From assembly GCA_963710755.1 (NCBI GenBank), contig CAVQBK010000003.1:1024001-1088000 (forward strand): a stretch of DNA of 64,000 nt. The letters run 5' to 3'. A program made the translations under genes and the position numbers. Of the stretch, positions 41,210 to 50,240 are shown piece by piece. The notes under the pieces were generated by a model. That model saw only the letters and a list, made by a program, of their open reading frames with translations, was not told the DNA's origin and searched no databases. The stretch is from an uncultured bacterium (GTDB lineage Bacteria; Oederibacteriota; JAAXVQ01; JAUVAV01). Each line of letters begins with the position of its first letter. Position 1 is the stretch's first letter.

Positions 41210-41690
41210 GGTTGGAATGGCTTCTTGGAAATTGGCCCGCGATGGTGACTTGCTGGTAACCTTTGGGTTGGGATCCTGTGTGGGGTTGGCGTTGTGGGAC
41301 AAGTCCACCAAGGTGGCCGCCATGGCCCATGTTATGTTGCCTGACTCCAAGCAAATGCATTTTCGCCAGGAAGTCAATCCAGCCAAGTTTGCCGACACCG
41401 CCTTGTCGATCATGCTCAACCGGCTGGAAAAAATGGGCATTCCCAAAGAGCGGTTATGTGCTAAAATCGTCGGCGGCGCCAATATGTTTGCTTTTGACAA
41501 CAAAGCCAGTCACTCGGGGATGAGCATTGGGGCGCGAAATGTGGCGGCCGTTAAAAGCATCCTCAAGGAGGAAGGCATCCCCTTGAGTGCGGAAGACACG
41601 GGCGGCACGGTGGGACGCTCCCTGGAATTTTCCTCAACCGATGGGTTGATCCGGGTACGCACCGCTTTAACGGGCGAGCGGGTAATATAA
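41193..41690 (+). CDS. cheD: Chemoreceptor glutamine deamidase CheD
   Basis: GLGSCVG, AHVMLP, KFADTA, GGANMF, IGARN, EDTGG. Confidence 0.95.
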   Translation: MPERIKVGMASWKLARDGDLLVTFGLGSCVGLALWDKSTKVAAMAHVMLPDSKQMHFRQEVNPAKFADTALSIMLNRLEKMGIPKERLCAKIVGGANMFAFDNKASHSGMSIGARNVAAVKSILKEEGIPLSAEDTGGTVGRSLEFSSTDGLIRVRTALTGERVI

Positions 41691-42227
41691 ATGTACGAGA
41701 AAAAGGAAGCCAAAAACGAATTTAAAATGGTGGTCTTTCGCCTTGGGGACGAAGAGTTTGGTGCGCCCATCAATCAAGTGCATGAGATTCTGCGGTTGGT
41801 GGAAATAACACGTGTTCCCCGGGCTCCCAAGTTTATTGAAGGGGTAATCAATTTAAGAGGACGCATCATCCCGATTATTGATCTGCGGCGGCGCTTTGAT
41901 CTGCCCATCAAAACGGCGGAGAATAAGCAACGCATCATGGAAGTGGAAGTGGACAACCAAATCTTGGGCATGATTGTCGATGAGGTTACCGAGGTTTTAA
42001 GGATTCCCGTGGATGCAGTGGAATCGGCACCTCGCATGATTGCCGATATTTCAGGGGAGTATTTGGCGGGCATTGCCAAACTGCCGGGAAGGATTTTGAT
42101 TATGTTGAATTTCGACAAAATTTTATCGGAGCAAGAAACGCTTCAGATTGAACAAGCGTCCATGGATAGCCTGCCAGGTGCCGTGTCACCGGGATTGCCA
42201 GAACATCAAAACCAGGAGGAGCGCTAA
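41691..42227 (+). CDS. cheW: Chemotaxis adaptor CheW
   Basis: VVFRLGDEEFG, ITRVPRAPKFIEGVINLRG, GMIVDEV. Confidence 0.95.
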   Translation: MYEKKEAKNEFKMVVFRLGDEEFGAPINQVHEILRLVEITRVPRAPKFIEGVINLRGRIIPIIDLRRRFDLPIKTAENKQRIMEVEVDNQILGMIVDEVTEVLRIPVDAVESAPRMIADISGEYLAGIAKLPGRILIMLNFDKILSEQETLQIEQASMDSLPGAVSPGLPEHQNQEER

Positions 42228-42592
42228 TGCCAGCCAGGATCCTCATCGCCGACGATGCTGCTTTTATGCGGGTCATGATCAAGGGAATTCTGTCCAAGCA
42301 GAACTACGAAATCGTAGGGGAAGCCAAAGACGGAAAAGAAGCCGTGGAATTGTACAAGAAACTCAAACCCGATCTTACTACCATGGACATCATTATGCCC
42401 GAGGTCAATGGGATAGAAGCGGTCAAAGAAATTATAAAGGAAGATCCCAATGCCTTGATCATCATGTGCAGTGCCATGGGGCAGCAAGCCATGGTGATTG
42501 AAGCGATCGCGGCCGGCGCTAAAGATTTTGTGATCAAACCATTTCAACCTCCCCGGGTGTTGGAAGCGGTCGAGCGCGCCTTGGCGAAATAA
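42227..42592 (+). CDS. cheY: Second CheY response regulator
   Basis: ILIADDAAFMR, MDIIMP, CSAMGQ, DFVIKPF. Confidence 0.92.
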   Translation: MPARILIADDAAFMRVMIKGILSKQNYEIVGEAKDGKEAVELYKKLKPDLTTMDIIMPEVNGIEAVKEIIKEDPNALIIMCSAMGQQAMVIEAIAAGAKDFVIKPFQPPRVLEAVERALAK

Positions 42593-42612
42593 GCCGGGTT
42601 GCTGGGCTCCTT

Positions 42613-43704
42613 GTGAACAGTCAACGTCTTATCCGAGTGCTGGTGGTGGATGATTCCGCTTTTATGCGTAAGACCATCAGCAACATCCTCAATCAAGCCG
42701 AAGACATTGAAGTCATCGCCACTGCCCGTGATGGCTTGGAAGGCATCCAGAAAGTCACCGATTATCATCCTGACGTCGTTACCATGGACATTGAAATGCC
42801 CAATTTGCAGGGATTGGAAGCTTTGGGTTATATCATGAGCGAATGTCCCACGCCGGTGGTGATGCTTTCAGCCTACGCTGCTGAAGGCGGTGAAAAAACC
42901 ATCAAGGCTCTGGAATATGGGGCCGTGGATTTTATTGCCAAGCCTTCGGGACCCATCAGTCTGGATTTAAATGTGGTGGCCCAGGAATTGGTGGCCAAGG
43001 TCAGAACCGCCAGCCGGGTGGATACACGGCGCCTTAAATTTTTGGATCTGGAAAAAATCCCCACTCTTCCCAGAAACATCACCATGCCGACCAAGGGTCA
43101 CAAGGCTGTGGTCATTGCCAGTTCTACCGGCGGGCCGCGCGCCCTCTATGAGATTGTTCCCAAATTACCGGCAGATTTTCCAGCGGCCGTGTTGATTGTG
43201 CAGCATATGTCCTCGGGATTTACCAAGTCCATGGCCGAGCGGCTTAATCTTGTGTGTGCCTTGCCTGTCAAGGAAGCCCAGGAAGGCGATGTCATCCTAC
43301 CGGGAAAAGTGTACATTGCCCCCACCAACTACCATATGGCCATCGTCGTGCAGAAAGATCAGGAAGTAGTGACCCTTAACCAGGGCCCGCCGCGCAACAG
43401 CGTTCGCCCGGCTGCCGATGAGACCATGGAGGCCGCCGCCCGTATCTACGGTCCTAATTGCCTGGGCGTCGTGCTTACCGGTATGGGACACGACGGCACG
43501 GTGGGTGGCCAGGCGATTAAGCGGCGAGGCGGTCTACTGTTGGCGGAAGACGAATCCACTTGTGTGGTGTTCGGTATGCCCAAATCCATTATCAAGACCG
43601 GTCTGGTCGACGGCGTTTTTCCCATTCAGGATATGGTTGATAAAATTATAAGCTATGTTACCATGTTGGGATCAGAACACTCTGGCAAGAGGAGCAGACC
43701 ATGA
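42613..43704 (+). CDS. cheB: Chemotaxis methylesterase (REC + CheB domains)
   Basis: VVDDSAFMR; catalytic triad motifs SSTGGP, QHM, GMGHDG. Confidence 0.97.
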   Translation: MNSQRLIRVLVVDDSAFMRKTISNILNQAEDIEVIATARDGLEGIQKVTDYHPDVVTMDIEMPNLQGLEALGYIMSECPTPVVMLSAYAAEGGEKTIKALEYGAVDFIAKPSGPISLDLNVVAQELVAKVRTASRVDTRRLKFLDLEKIPTLPRNITMPTKGHKAVVIASSTGGPRALYEIVPKLPADFPAAVLIVQHMSSGFTKSMAERLNLVCALPVKEAQEGDVILPGKVYIAPTNYHMAIVVQKDQEVVTLNQGPPRNSVRPAADETMEAAARIYGPNCLGVVLTGMGHDGTVGGQAIKRRGGLLLAEDESTCVVFGMPKSIIKTGLVDGVFPIQDMVDKIISYVTMLGSEHSGKRSRP

Positions 43705-44672
43705 TCATCGTCACCGGCGGAGCCGGTTTTATCGGCAGCGCTATGGTATGGAAACTAAATCAACAGGGGCGCCAAGACTTGTTAATCGTGGACGCTCTGG
43801 ATCAGAGCGACAAGTGGAAGAATCTGGTCAATCTCAGCTTTGAGAGTTATCTCGATCGCCGCGAGTTTCTGGAAAAAATCAACAATGACGCCCTGCCCAA
43901 TCACATCGAGGCCATTGTGCACATGGGTGCCTGCAGTGCCACTACCGAACGGGACAGTGACTATCTGATGCGCAACAATTACCAATACACCCGCCGTCTG
44001 GCAGAGTGGGCCTTGGGGCATCAGGTTCGTTTTATTTATGCCAGTTCGGCAGCCACCTACGGTGCCGGTGACCTGGGTTATGGAGATGATCTGCCCACCA
44101 CGCTCAAGTTGAAGCCATTCAATATGTACGGGTACTCCAAACATTTACTGGATCTGTGGGCCATCCGTTCGGGGGCTATCTCCCAGATGGCGGGCTTGAA
44201 ATTTTTTAATGTATACGGCCCCAATGAATATCACAAAGAGGATATGCGCAGCGTGGTGCACAAAGCTTTTGGCCAGATCCAGCGCCAGGGCAGCGTCAAT
44301 CTCTTCAAGTCCTACCATCCCGACTATGCCGATGGGGAACAGGTGCGCGATTTTGTTTACGTAAAGGACGTTGTGGAAGTGATGTGGTGGCTGTTGCAGA
44401 ACCGTGAGGTCGGCGGCTTATTTAACCTTGGTACCGGCCAGGCTCGTTCCTGGAAAGACTTGGTGCAGGCGGTATTTACGGCCATGGCCAAACCGGCCCG
44501 TATCGATTTCATTGATATGCCGGCGGGCCTGCGCGACCGCTATCAATATCATACTCAGGCCAACATGAGCAAATTGCGTCAGGCCGGTTTTACAGCTGAA
44601 TTCCAGTCCCTGGAAGACGGCGTGCGCGATTATGTACAATCCTATCTTTTGAATCCAGATCCCTATCTCTGA
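43701..44672 (+). CDS. hldD: ADP-L-glycero-D-manno-heptose 6-epimerase
   Basis: MIIVTGGAGFIGS, HMGACSATTE, YASSAATYG, YGYSK, FNVYGPNEYHK. Confidence 0.95.
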   Translation: MIIVTGGAGFIGSAMVWKLNQQGRQDLLIVDALDQSDKWKNLVNLSFESYLDRREFLEKINNDALPNHIEAIVHMGACSATTERDSDYLMRNNYQYTRRLAEWALGHQVRFIYASSAATYGAGDLGYGDDLPTTLKLKPFNMYGYSKHLLDLWAIRSGAISQMAGLKFFNVYGPNEYHKEDMRSVVHKAFGQIQRQGSVNLFKSYHPDYADGEQVRDFVYVKDVVEVMWWLLQNREVGGLFNLGTGQARSWKDLVQAVFTAMAKPARIDFIDMPAGLRDRYQYHTQANMSKLRQAGFTAEFQSLEDGVRDYVQSYLLNPDPYL

Positions 44673-44693
44673 CCACAAGCTATCCCCTTGGAC

Positions 44694-44720
44694 TTAATTC
44701 CTATCCGAAACGGCCGATAA
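44694..44720 (+). promoter_or_regulatory. Putative sigma28 (FliA/SigD)-type promoter
   Basis: TTAA-N15-GCCGATAA (perfect -10), 34 nt before the ATG. Confidence 0.55.
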
Positions 44721-44754
44721 TAAACCTAAACTATTGTTGCGCAGAGGGGAATCT

Positions 44755-46251
44755 ATGTCCAAACTGTTGGTTGTTGATGATGAACTGGCTATCAGGGAAT
44801 CGCTGGCCATTATTTTAGAAGACCGGGGCTACGAAGTGATGACAGCCGCTGATGCCGAGGAAGGCTGGTCGCTGCTGGAGCAGGCGGCTTATGATCTGGT
44901 CCTGACCGATCTGCTGATGCCCAAGGTTGATGGATTTGAATTCATAAAACAAATCCGTTTAAAATACGGGCGCCGTATTCCTATCATTATTCTCACGGCC
45001 CATGGAACCGTGGAGATCGCCTCCCTGGCCATCAACGAGGCGGTGGATGATTTTATCGTCAAACCCTTTGAAGTTAAGATCGTCACCGAAGCCGTACAAT
45101 ACGTGCTGCAAAAAAACCGGCGCTTGGCTAAAAAAACCCATCATGAAGCTGCCGGTAGTCACGGCAATTCCTCCTTTGAAAAAAAATTCTTTGGCCTCTC
45201 CAGTCTGGATGAGATTAGTAAACGCATCAAGGAAACAAGTGAAGTGGATGAGATTGGGGATACCTTATTCGATCAGGTGCGGGCCACCCTGAAACCGGAC
45301 CGGGGCTTGCTGGTGCTCGCACCACAAGATCTGCAGCAGTATCAGTACCAGCGGTTGTGCACGGCCGAGCGGCTGGCTTCAGGGCCGCCGTCCAGTGTGG
45401 ACCAAGGCATCCTGGCCTGGGTCCAAAAAAATCAAAAACCGCTGCTGATTGAGGACATGGTCAGCAGCAGCCAATATAGGGCCTGTTTCAACGGTATGCT
45501 TAATGCCGGCTCATTATTGTCCATGCCCTTTTTGCGCAAACAGCGTTTGTTGGGGGTTATCATTCTCTACCGCCAGCCCGGGGGCGAGCCCTTTGGGGAA
45601 GAAGACATGAAATTTTTGTCGGTGCTCTCCTGTATGACCACGGTTGCCCTGGAAAATCTTGAAATTTACGATGAGATGAAAAATTATTTTAACGGCACCA
45701 TTCGGGCCCTGATCACGGCCGTGGAGACCAAGGATGCCTTTACCTTTGGTCACAGCGCCCGGGTGGCCCGTTACTCGTTGATGATTGCCAAGGCATTGAA
45801 CATGGAGGAATTGATACAGCGCCGTCTCGAGTATGTGGCGCTGCTGCATGATATTGGCAAGATCGGTATTCCGGAAAACATACTGCAAAAAAAATTACCC
45901 CTGACCGACGAGGAATGGGCCGTAGTGCGTCATCATCCCGAATTGGGTGAGAATATTGTGCGGTCCATTCATTTTCTACCGGAAGGCGCCAGCGGCGTCC
46001 GTCACCATCATGAATATTATGACGGCAGCGGCTATCCCGATGGCTTGCAAGGCGAGGGCATTCCTTTGTTTGCCCGTATCATTGCCGTGGCTGATGCCTA
46101 CGATGCCATGCATAGTGATCGGCCCTACCGCAAAGGCATGGACCATGTCAGTGCCCTGGAAGAATTGGAACGGTTCAAAGGCGCTCAGTTTGATCCTCAA
46201 TTGGTGGACCTGTTCATCCAGGCCTTGCAATTAAAAGAAATGGTGGCTTAA
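44755..46251 (+). CDS. REC-GAF-HD-GYP cyclic dinucleotide phosphodiesterase
   Basis: LLVVDDE, TDLLMP, GAF segment, GHSARV, LLHDIGK, HHEYYDGSGYP. Confidence 0.93.
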   Translation: MSKLLVVDDELAIRESLAIILEDRGYEVMTAADAEEGWSLLEQAAYDLVLTDLLMPKVDGFEFIKQIRLKYGRRIPIIILTAHGTVEIASLAINEAVDDFIVKPFEVKIVTEAVQYVLQKNRRLAKKTHHEAAGSHGNSSFEKKFFGLSSLDEISKRIKETSEVDEIGDTLFDQVRATLKPDRGLLVLAPQDLQQYQYQRLCTAERLASGPPSSVDQGILAWVQKNQKPLLIEDMVSSSQYRACFNGMLNAGSLLSMPFLRKQRLLGVIILYRQPGGEPFGEEDMKFLSVLSCMTTVALENLEIYDEMKNYFNGTIRALITAVETKDAFTFGHSARVARYSLMIAKALNMEELIQRRLEYVALLHDIGKIGIPENILQKKLPLTDEEWAVVRHHPELGENIVRSIHFLPEGASGVRHHHEYYDGSGYPDGLQGEGIPLFARIIAVADAYDAMHSDRPYRKGMDHVSALEELERFKGAQFDPQLVDLFIQALQLKEMVA

Positions 46252-46294
46252 CCTGTCACCGCAAGCGGCAGGACCGGGCGCCGGGTTTATGACC

Positions 46295-46324
46295 TTGACA
46301 CTTTTTCCCGGCCCGTGCTAGAAT
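46295..46324 (+). promoter_or_regulatory. Sigma70 promoter of recA
   Basis: TTGACA-N18-TAGAAT with extended TG. Confidence 0.65.
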
Positions 46325-46431
46325 TTCACTTCAAAATGCCTTTATTTTAAGTATTTTTTCACCTTTTTTAACTTCACCTTTGACATGAGTTCTTAAAAAT
46401 AAGGCGTCCAATTTTAAGGCGGAGGCAGTCC

Positions 46432-47511
46432 ATGACCAGCGAAAAAACCAAAGCACTTGATTTAGCGATTGCTCAAATTGAAAAACAATTCGGCAAAGGT
46501 ACCATCATGAAATTCGGGGAACGTCCGGTAGCCGATGTAAGTGTGATTCCCACGGGCTCCTTGTCCCTCGATCTGGCCATCGGGGTGGGCGGCATCCCCC
46601 GAGGAAGAATTGTGGAGCTCTTTGGGCCGGAATCGTCCGGTAAAACCACGCTGGCCCAACATATAATTGCAGAATTACAGAAACAAGGCGGCCAAGCTGC
46701 CTTTATTGATGCCGAGCACGCCCTGGATCCTGATTATGCCCGCAAAATCGGTGTGGATGTGGACAATCTGCTCATCTCCCAGCCTGATTCGGGCGAACAA
46801 GCCCTGGACATTACGGAAACACTGGTGCGCTCCGGCGCCCTGGATGTCATTGTCATCGATTCGGTGGCTGCCTTGGTGCCCCGCGCGGAAATTGAAGGCG
46901 ATATGGGCGATTCCCATATGGGTCTGCAAGCGCGGCTGATGTCCCAAGCCTTGCGCAAACTGACTGCAGTCAGCAGCCGTTCCAATACATCCATCATCTT
47001 TATCAACCAACTGCGTGAGAAAATCGGCGTCATGTTCGGCAATCCCGAAACCACCACTGGTGGCCGGGCGCTTAAGTTCTATGCCAGTCTGCGTCTGGAT
47101 ATTCGGCGCGTGGACAGTATCAAGCAAGGCACGGACGTGGTGGGCAACCGGGTCAAAGTCAAGGTGGTTAAAAACAAAGTGGCTCCGCCTTTTGGCCTGG
47201 CGATCTTTGATATTATGTTCGGGGAAGGCATTTCCAAGGAAGGCGATTTGATCGACCTGGGTGTGGAACACGGCATTGTTGAAAAAGCCGGATCGTGGTT
47301 CTCTTTCGATGGCCAGCGCATCGGCCAGGGCCGGGAAGCGGCCAAAGCCTTTCTGCGGGAAAATTTCACCGTGGCCCAAACCATTGAACAAAACATCCGT
47401 GAAAAAGTTAAACCCAGCGAGGTCGTGGAACCAGAGGAAAAGAAATCCGCTGCGGCCGATAATGCCGATGAAGTGGTGAGTGCTGTTAGAGCCAGCAGAC
47501 GTTCATCTTAA
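46432..47511 (+). CDS. recA: Recombinase A
   Basis: [39 protein letters not shown]. Confidence 0.99.
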   Translation: MTSEKTKALDLAIAQIEKQFGKGTIMKFGERPVADVSVIPTGSLSLDLAIGVGGIPRGRIVELFGPESSGKTTLAQHIIAELQKQGGQAAFIDAEHALDPDYARKIGVDVDNLLISQPDSGEQALDITETLVRSGALDVIVIDSVAALVPRAEIEGDMGDSHMGLQARLMSQALRKLTAVSSRSNTSIIFINQLREKIGVMFGNPETTTGGRALKFYASLRLDIRRVDSIKQGTDVVGNRVKVKVVKNKVAPPFGLAIFDIMFGEGISKEGDLIDLGVEHGIVEKAGSWFSFDGQRIGQGREAAKAFLRENFTVAQTIEQNIREKVKPSEVVEPEEKKSAAADNADEVVSAVRASRRSS

Positions 47512-47596
47512 TTCGGTGAAGTCAGCTTAAAAAATCTTTCTTGCGTAAAGCATGCCAAGTTAAAGAAATGAAGATGGTTTGTCCTTCTTTGCGATT

Positions 47597-47642
47597 TTTA
47601 TCAATGTAGGGGCACGGCATACCGTGCCCCTACATTGATAAA
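47597..47642. repeat. REP-like palindrome (GTAG family), perfect 21-bp inverted repeat; may also act as a terminator
   Basis: tttatcaatgtaggggcacgg-cata-ccgtgcccctacattgataaa. Confidence 0.8.
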
Positions 47643-47784
47643 TACAGGCCCGTACGAACGGCTCGGTAAGGGGGTAACTGAATCGGGTGAGCCCCTGCCT
47701 CCCCAAGGGTTGAAGGTAAAGAACATTATCACCACCAAAAACGTTGATTTTGCTGACAGAGAATCTAAGCGGAGGCCCAAGCTC

Positions 47785-50085
47785 ATGCCTAAAAATGCAA
47801 CTCCCCGTCGTGGTTGGAGAACGCTGCTGATCGTACTGGTCTCGCTGCTGGCGGTGGCCGCAGCGGCCCTGGTAATCGTACCGCGCTTTATACCTTGGGA
47901 AAAACTAAAAGGCCAAGCTGAACAAAAGCTCTCGGCAACCCTCCATCACGATGTCCGCATCGCCTCCATCAAGTTCAATTTTTTAACAGGTATTGAATTA
48001 AGAGGTCTGACCATTGCCAACGCCCAAGGATTTTCTTCCCAGCCTTTACTGAGCGATGAAGCAGCAGTATTGAAATACCGCTTATGGCCCTTGCTGTTGG
48101 GCAAGGTGGTGGTCAAGGCCGTGGAATTGCAGCGGCCTCAAGTGCTGATCGAGAAGGATCGCAACGGCCGCTATAATTTTTCTGATATGCTCACGTTGTC
48201 CCCCAAAGCCGGCCGGCCGGCTGGAACGACTCAGGCCTCCGCCGAGACTCAACCATTCAAGCAATTGCCGCTGGATATTCTGGTTGCTCATTTTGGAATT
48301 GTGGATGCCATCTTGACTTATCGTGATTTGGCCGCTAAGCAGGAATATCAATTGCAAGCCTTCAACGTCAAGGTGGATAACCTCACCTTGGCCGGGCTCA
48401 CACCTATTCATATCCTGGTCACCACCAAGGCCAAGGCCATGGGTACGGTGATTCCCCTGGCCTTTAAAACCGTGATGCGTGTCAACTATGGCCAGCAACG
48501 GCTGATCCTGGACCAGGTAACTTGGAACCTGCCTGGGATCAAGGGCGAGGCTTCCGGTCAAGTGGACCAATTCCTGAAGGCGCCAAAGCTGGACTTGAAG
48601 ACAGCGATGACCATGGATATGAAGACCCTGTGGATGGACCTGGTCCCGGGCACCATGAAAGCCAACCGTCCGCCAATGGCCATGACCGGTACCATTTCAG
48701 CTAAGGGTCAGGTGCAAGGTCAGGTCAAAACGTTGGAAACCATGAACTTTAGCACCGAGGTCACCCTGGACCAAGTGGGCATTGCCCTAAAAGACAAAAA
48801 GCTGCTTTCCCAGGCTCAGGGCCGGTTGGTCATTACGCCGCGTCAACTGACCCTCAAGCCTTTTGAGGCGGTGCTGGGCGGGGCACCGGTTACCTTTGCG
48901 CTGACTGTAAAAGGGTTTGACCTGCGCAAACCGAAAACCCTGAACCCTAAAACCATGACTACTCAGGTGGACTGGAGCTTAAGTTCCGACCAATTGGATC
49001 TGGACGCATTGCTGGCGCTGCTGCCTGTCAAGCCGTCTAAAACGTCGTCACCAGCGGTTGCGGCTCCGGCGTCCGCCCCCCGGCCTGAACCTGTAGCCAA
49101 CCGATTGGTGCCTGCGGGGCTAAACATGATTGGTCAAGCCCACCTTAAAGGCATGACCTTCGGCAAAGTTAAGTTTGGAGCTCTGCAAATGAACACCACT
49201 TTGAAAGCCCAACAGGTGGCCATTCATGTTACCCTCGACGGTTATGCTGGCCGGGTGCGCAGTGACACCAGTTTGGCCTTTAACCAGCCGTTGTTTCAAT
49301 TCACCACTCATGCCGCCGTGGAACATGTGGATTTGGAACCATTGATTTCAGATACCTTGCAAACGTTCGTGGCGGCCAAGTTGAAAAAGCCGGAAATCAT
49401 TAATGAACTGAAAGATAAGTTGGGTGGCCGTTTGGAAGGTCAAATGACTCTCCAGGCGCAAGGCATGCAAGCGGCCCACATCAAAAAGAGTATGACCGGA
49501 AAAGGTGAATTCCGCCTTCAGGACGCGCGACTTAAAAAGTTCGGCTTTCAGGGGCAGTTGGCCAAGTGGGCAGGTAATGACAAGTTCAATCAGGACCTGT
49601 CATTTGAACGCATGGTTATTGGGTACACCATAGCCAGGGAAGTGGTGACCGTAGATCCGTTGGTGGCAGAATCAGGCTCCGATGGCTTAGCTGGAGATAT
49701 GCGTCTTACCGGCCAAGGTCAGCTGACGTTTGGTGCGGCTTTCAAGAATTTTAAGTTGATGCCGCGCATCAATCCCAGGGCCGCCAAGTCTATTTCTTCG
49801 GAATTTCGGCAATATACGGAAGTCCTGAAAGACGAGCATCAATGGGTGGCCTTGCCCATGATTTTAAACGGCCCGCTTAAAAAACCGGACATTCAGCCTG
49901 ATTGGAGTTGGATCAAGGGGCGGATGAAAGGGTATGCCAAACAAAAAGCCGGCCGGGCGGTGGAAGCAGTCAAGCAGAAGGCCAGTACCTTTGTTGAAAA
50001 GCAAAAAGGCAAATCAACCGATGAAATTAAAAAGAACGTTCAGCAGGAATTGAAAAAGCTTAATTTCAATAACTTATTTAAATAA
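47785..50085 (+). CDS. AsmA-family envelope protein
   Basis: GGAGG RBS; N-terminal TM anchor; LWPLLLGKVVVKAVELQRPQVLIEK...NFSD; beta-rich body; C-terminal LNGPLKKP. Confidence 0.82.
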   Translation: MPKNATPRRGWRTLLIVLVSLLAVAAAALVIVPRFIPWEKLKGQAEQKLSATLHHDVRIASIKFNFLTGIELRGLTIANAQGFSSQPLLSDEAAVLKYRLWPLLLGKVVVKAVELQRPQVLIEKDRNGRYNFSDMLTLSPKAGRPAGTTQASAETQPFKQLPLDILVAHFGIVDAILTYRDLAAKQEYQLQAFNVKVDNLTLAGLTPIHILVTTKAKAMGTVIPLAFKTVMRVNYGQQRLILDQVTWNLPGIKGEASGQVDQFLKAPKLDLKTAMTMDMKTLWMDLVPGTMKANRPPMAMTGTISAKGQVQGQVKTLETMNFSTEVTLDQVGIALKDKKLLSQAQGRLVITPRQLTLKPFEAVLGGAPVTFALTVKGFDLRKPKTLNPKTMTTQVDWSLSSDQLDLDALLALLPVKPSKTSSPAVAAPASAPRPEPVANRLVPAGLNMIGQAHLKGMTFGKVKFGALQMNTTLKAQQVAIHVTLDGYAGRVRSDTSLAFNQPLFQFTTHAAVEHVDLEPLISDTLQTFVAAKLKKPEIINELKDKLGGRLEGQMTLQAQGMQAAHIKKSMTGKGEFRLQDARLKKFGFQGQLAKWAGNDKFNQDLSFERMVIGYTIAREVVTVDPLVAESGSDGLAGDMRLTGQGQLTFGAAFKNFKLMPRINPRAAKSISSEFRQYTEVLKDEHQWVALPMILNGPLKKPDIQPDWSWIKGRMKGYAKQKAGRAVEAVKQKASTFVEKQKGKSTDEIKKNVQQELKKLNFNNLFK

Positions 50086-50186
50086 ATGCGGCGCGGAAGG
50101 GCATCCGGATTCAATTTCGGCAGGATCTGCATTTTTGGCGTAGCTAACGGCCCCCTTATTGGTCGAAGTTCGGATCAACATTACAG

Positions 50187-50214
50187 GTAGGGGTACGGTA
50201 GGCCGTGCCCCTAC
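50187..50214. repeat. REP-like palindrome (GTAG family)
   Basis: gtaggggtacgg-tagg-ccgtgcccctac, same arms as 47606-47633. Confidence 0.75.
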
Positions 50215-50240
50215 GACCCTTAGGGAAGGAGTGTTAAATA

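Noticed and set aside
47635-47784. N-terminal extensions in the ORF track (also 62991-63131, 33104-33187, 25208-25249, 26604-26699)
   Set aside because: Downstream ATGs have better RBS or translational coupling and match the expected family starts
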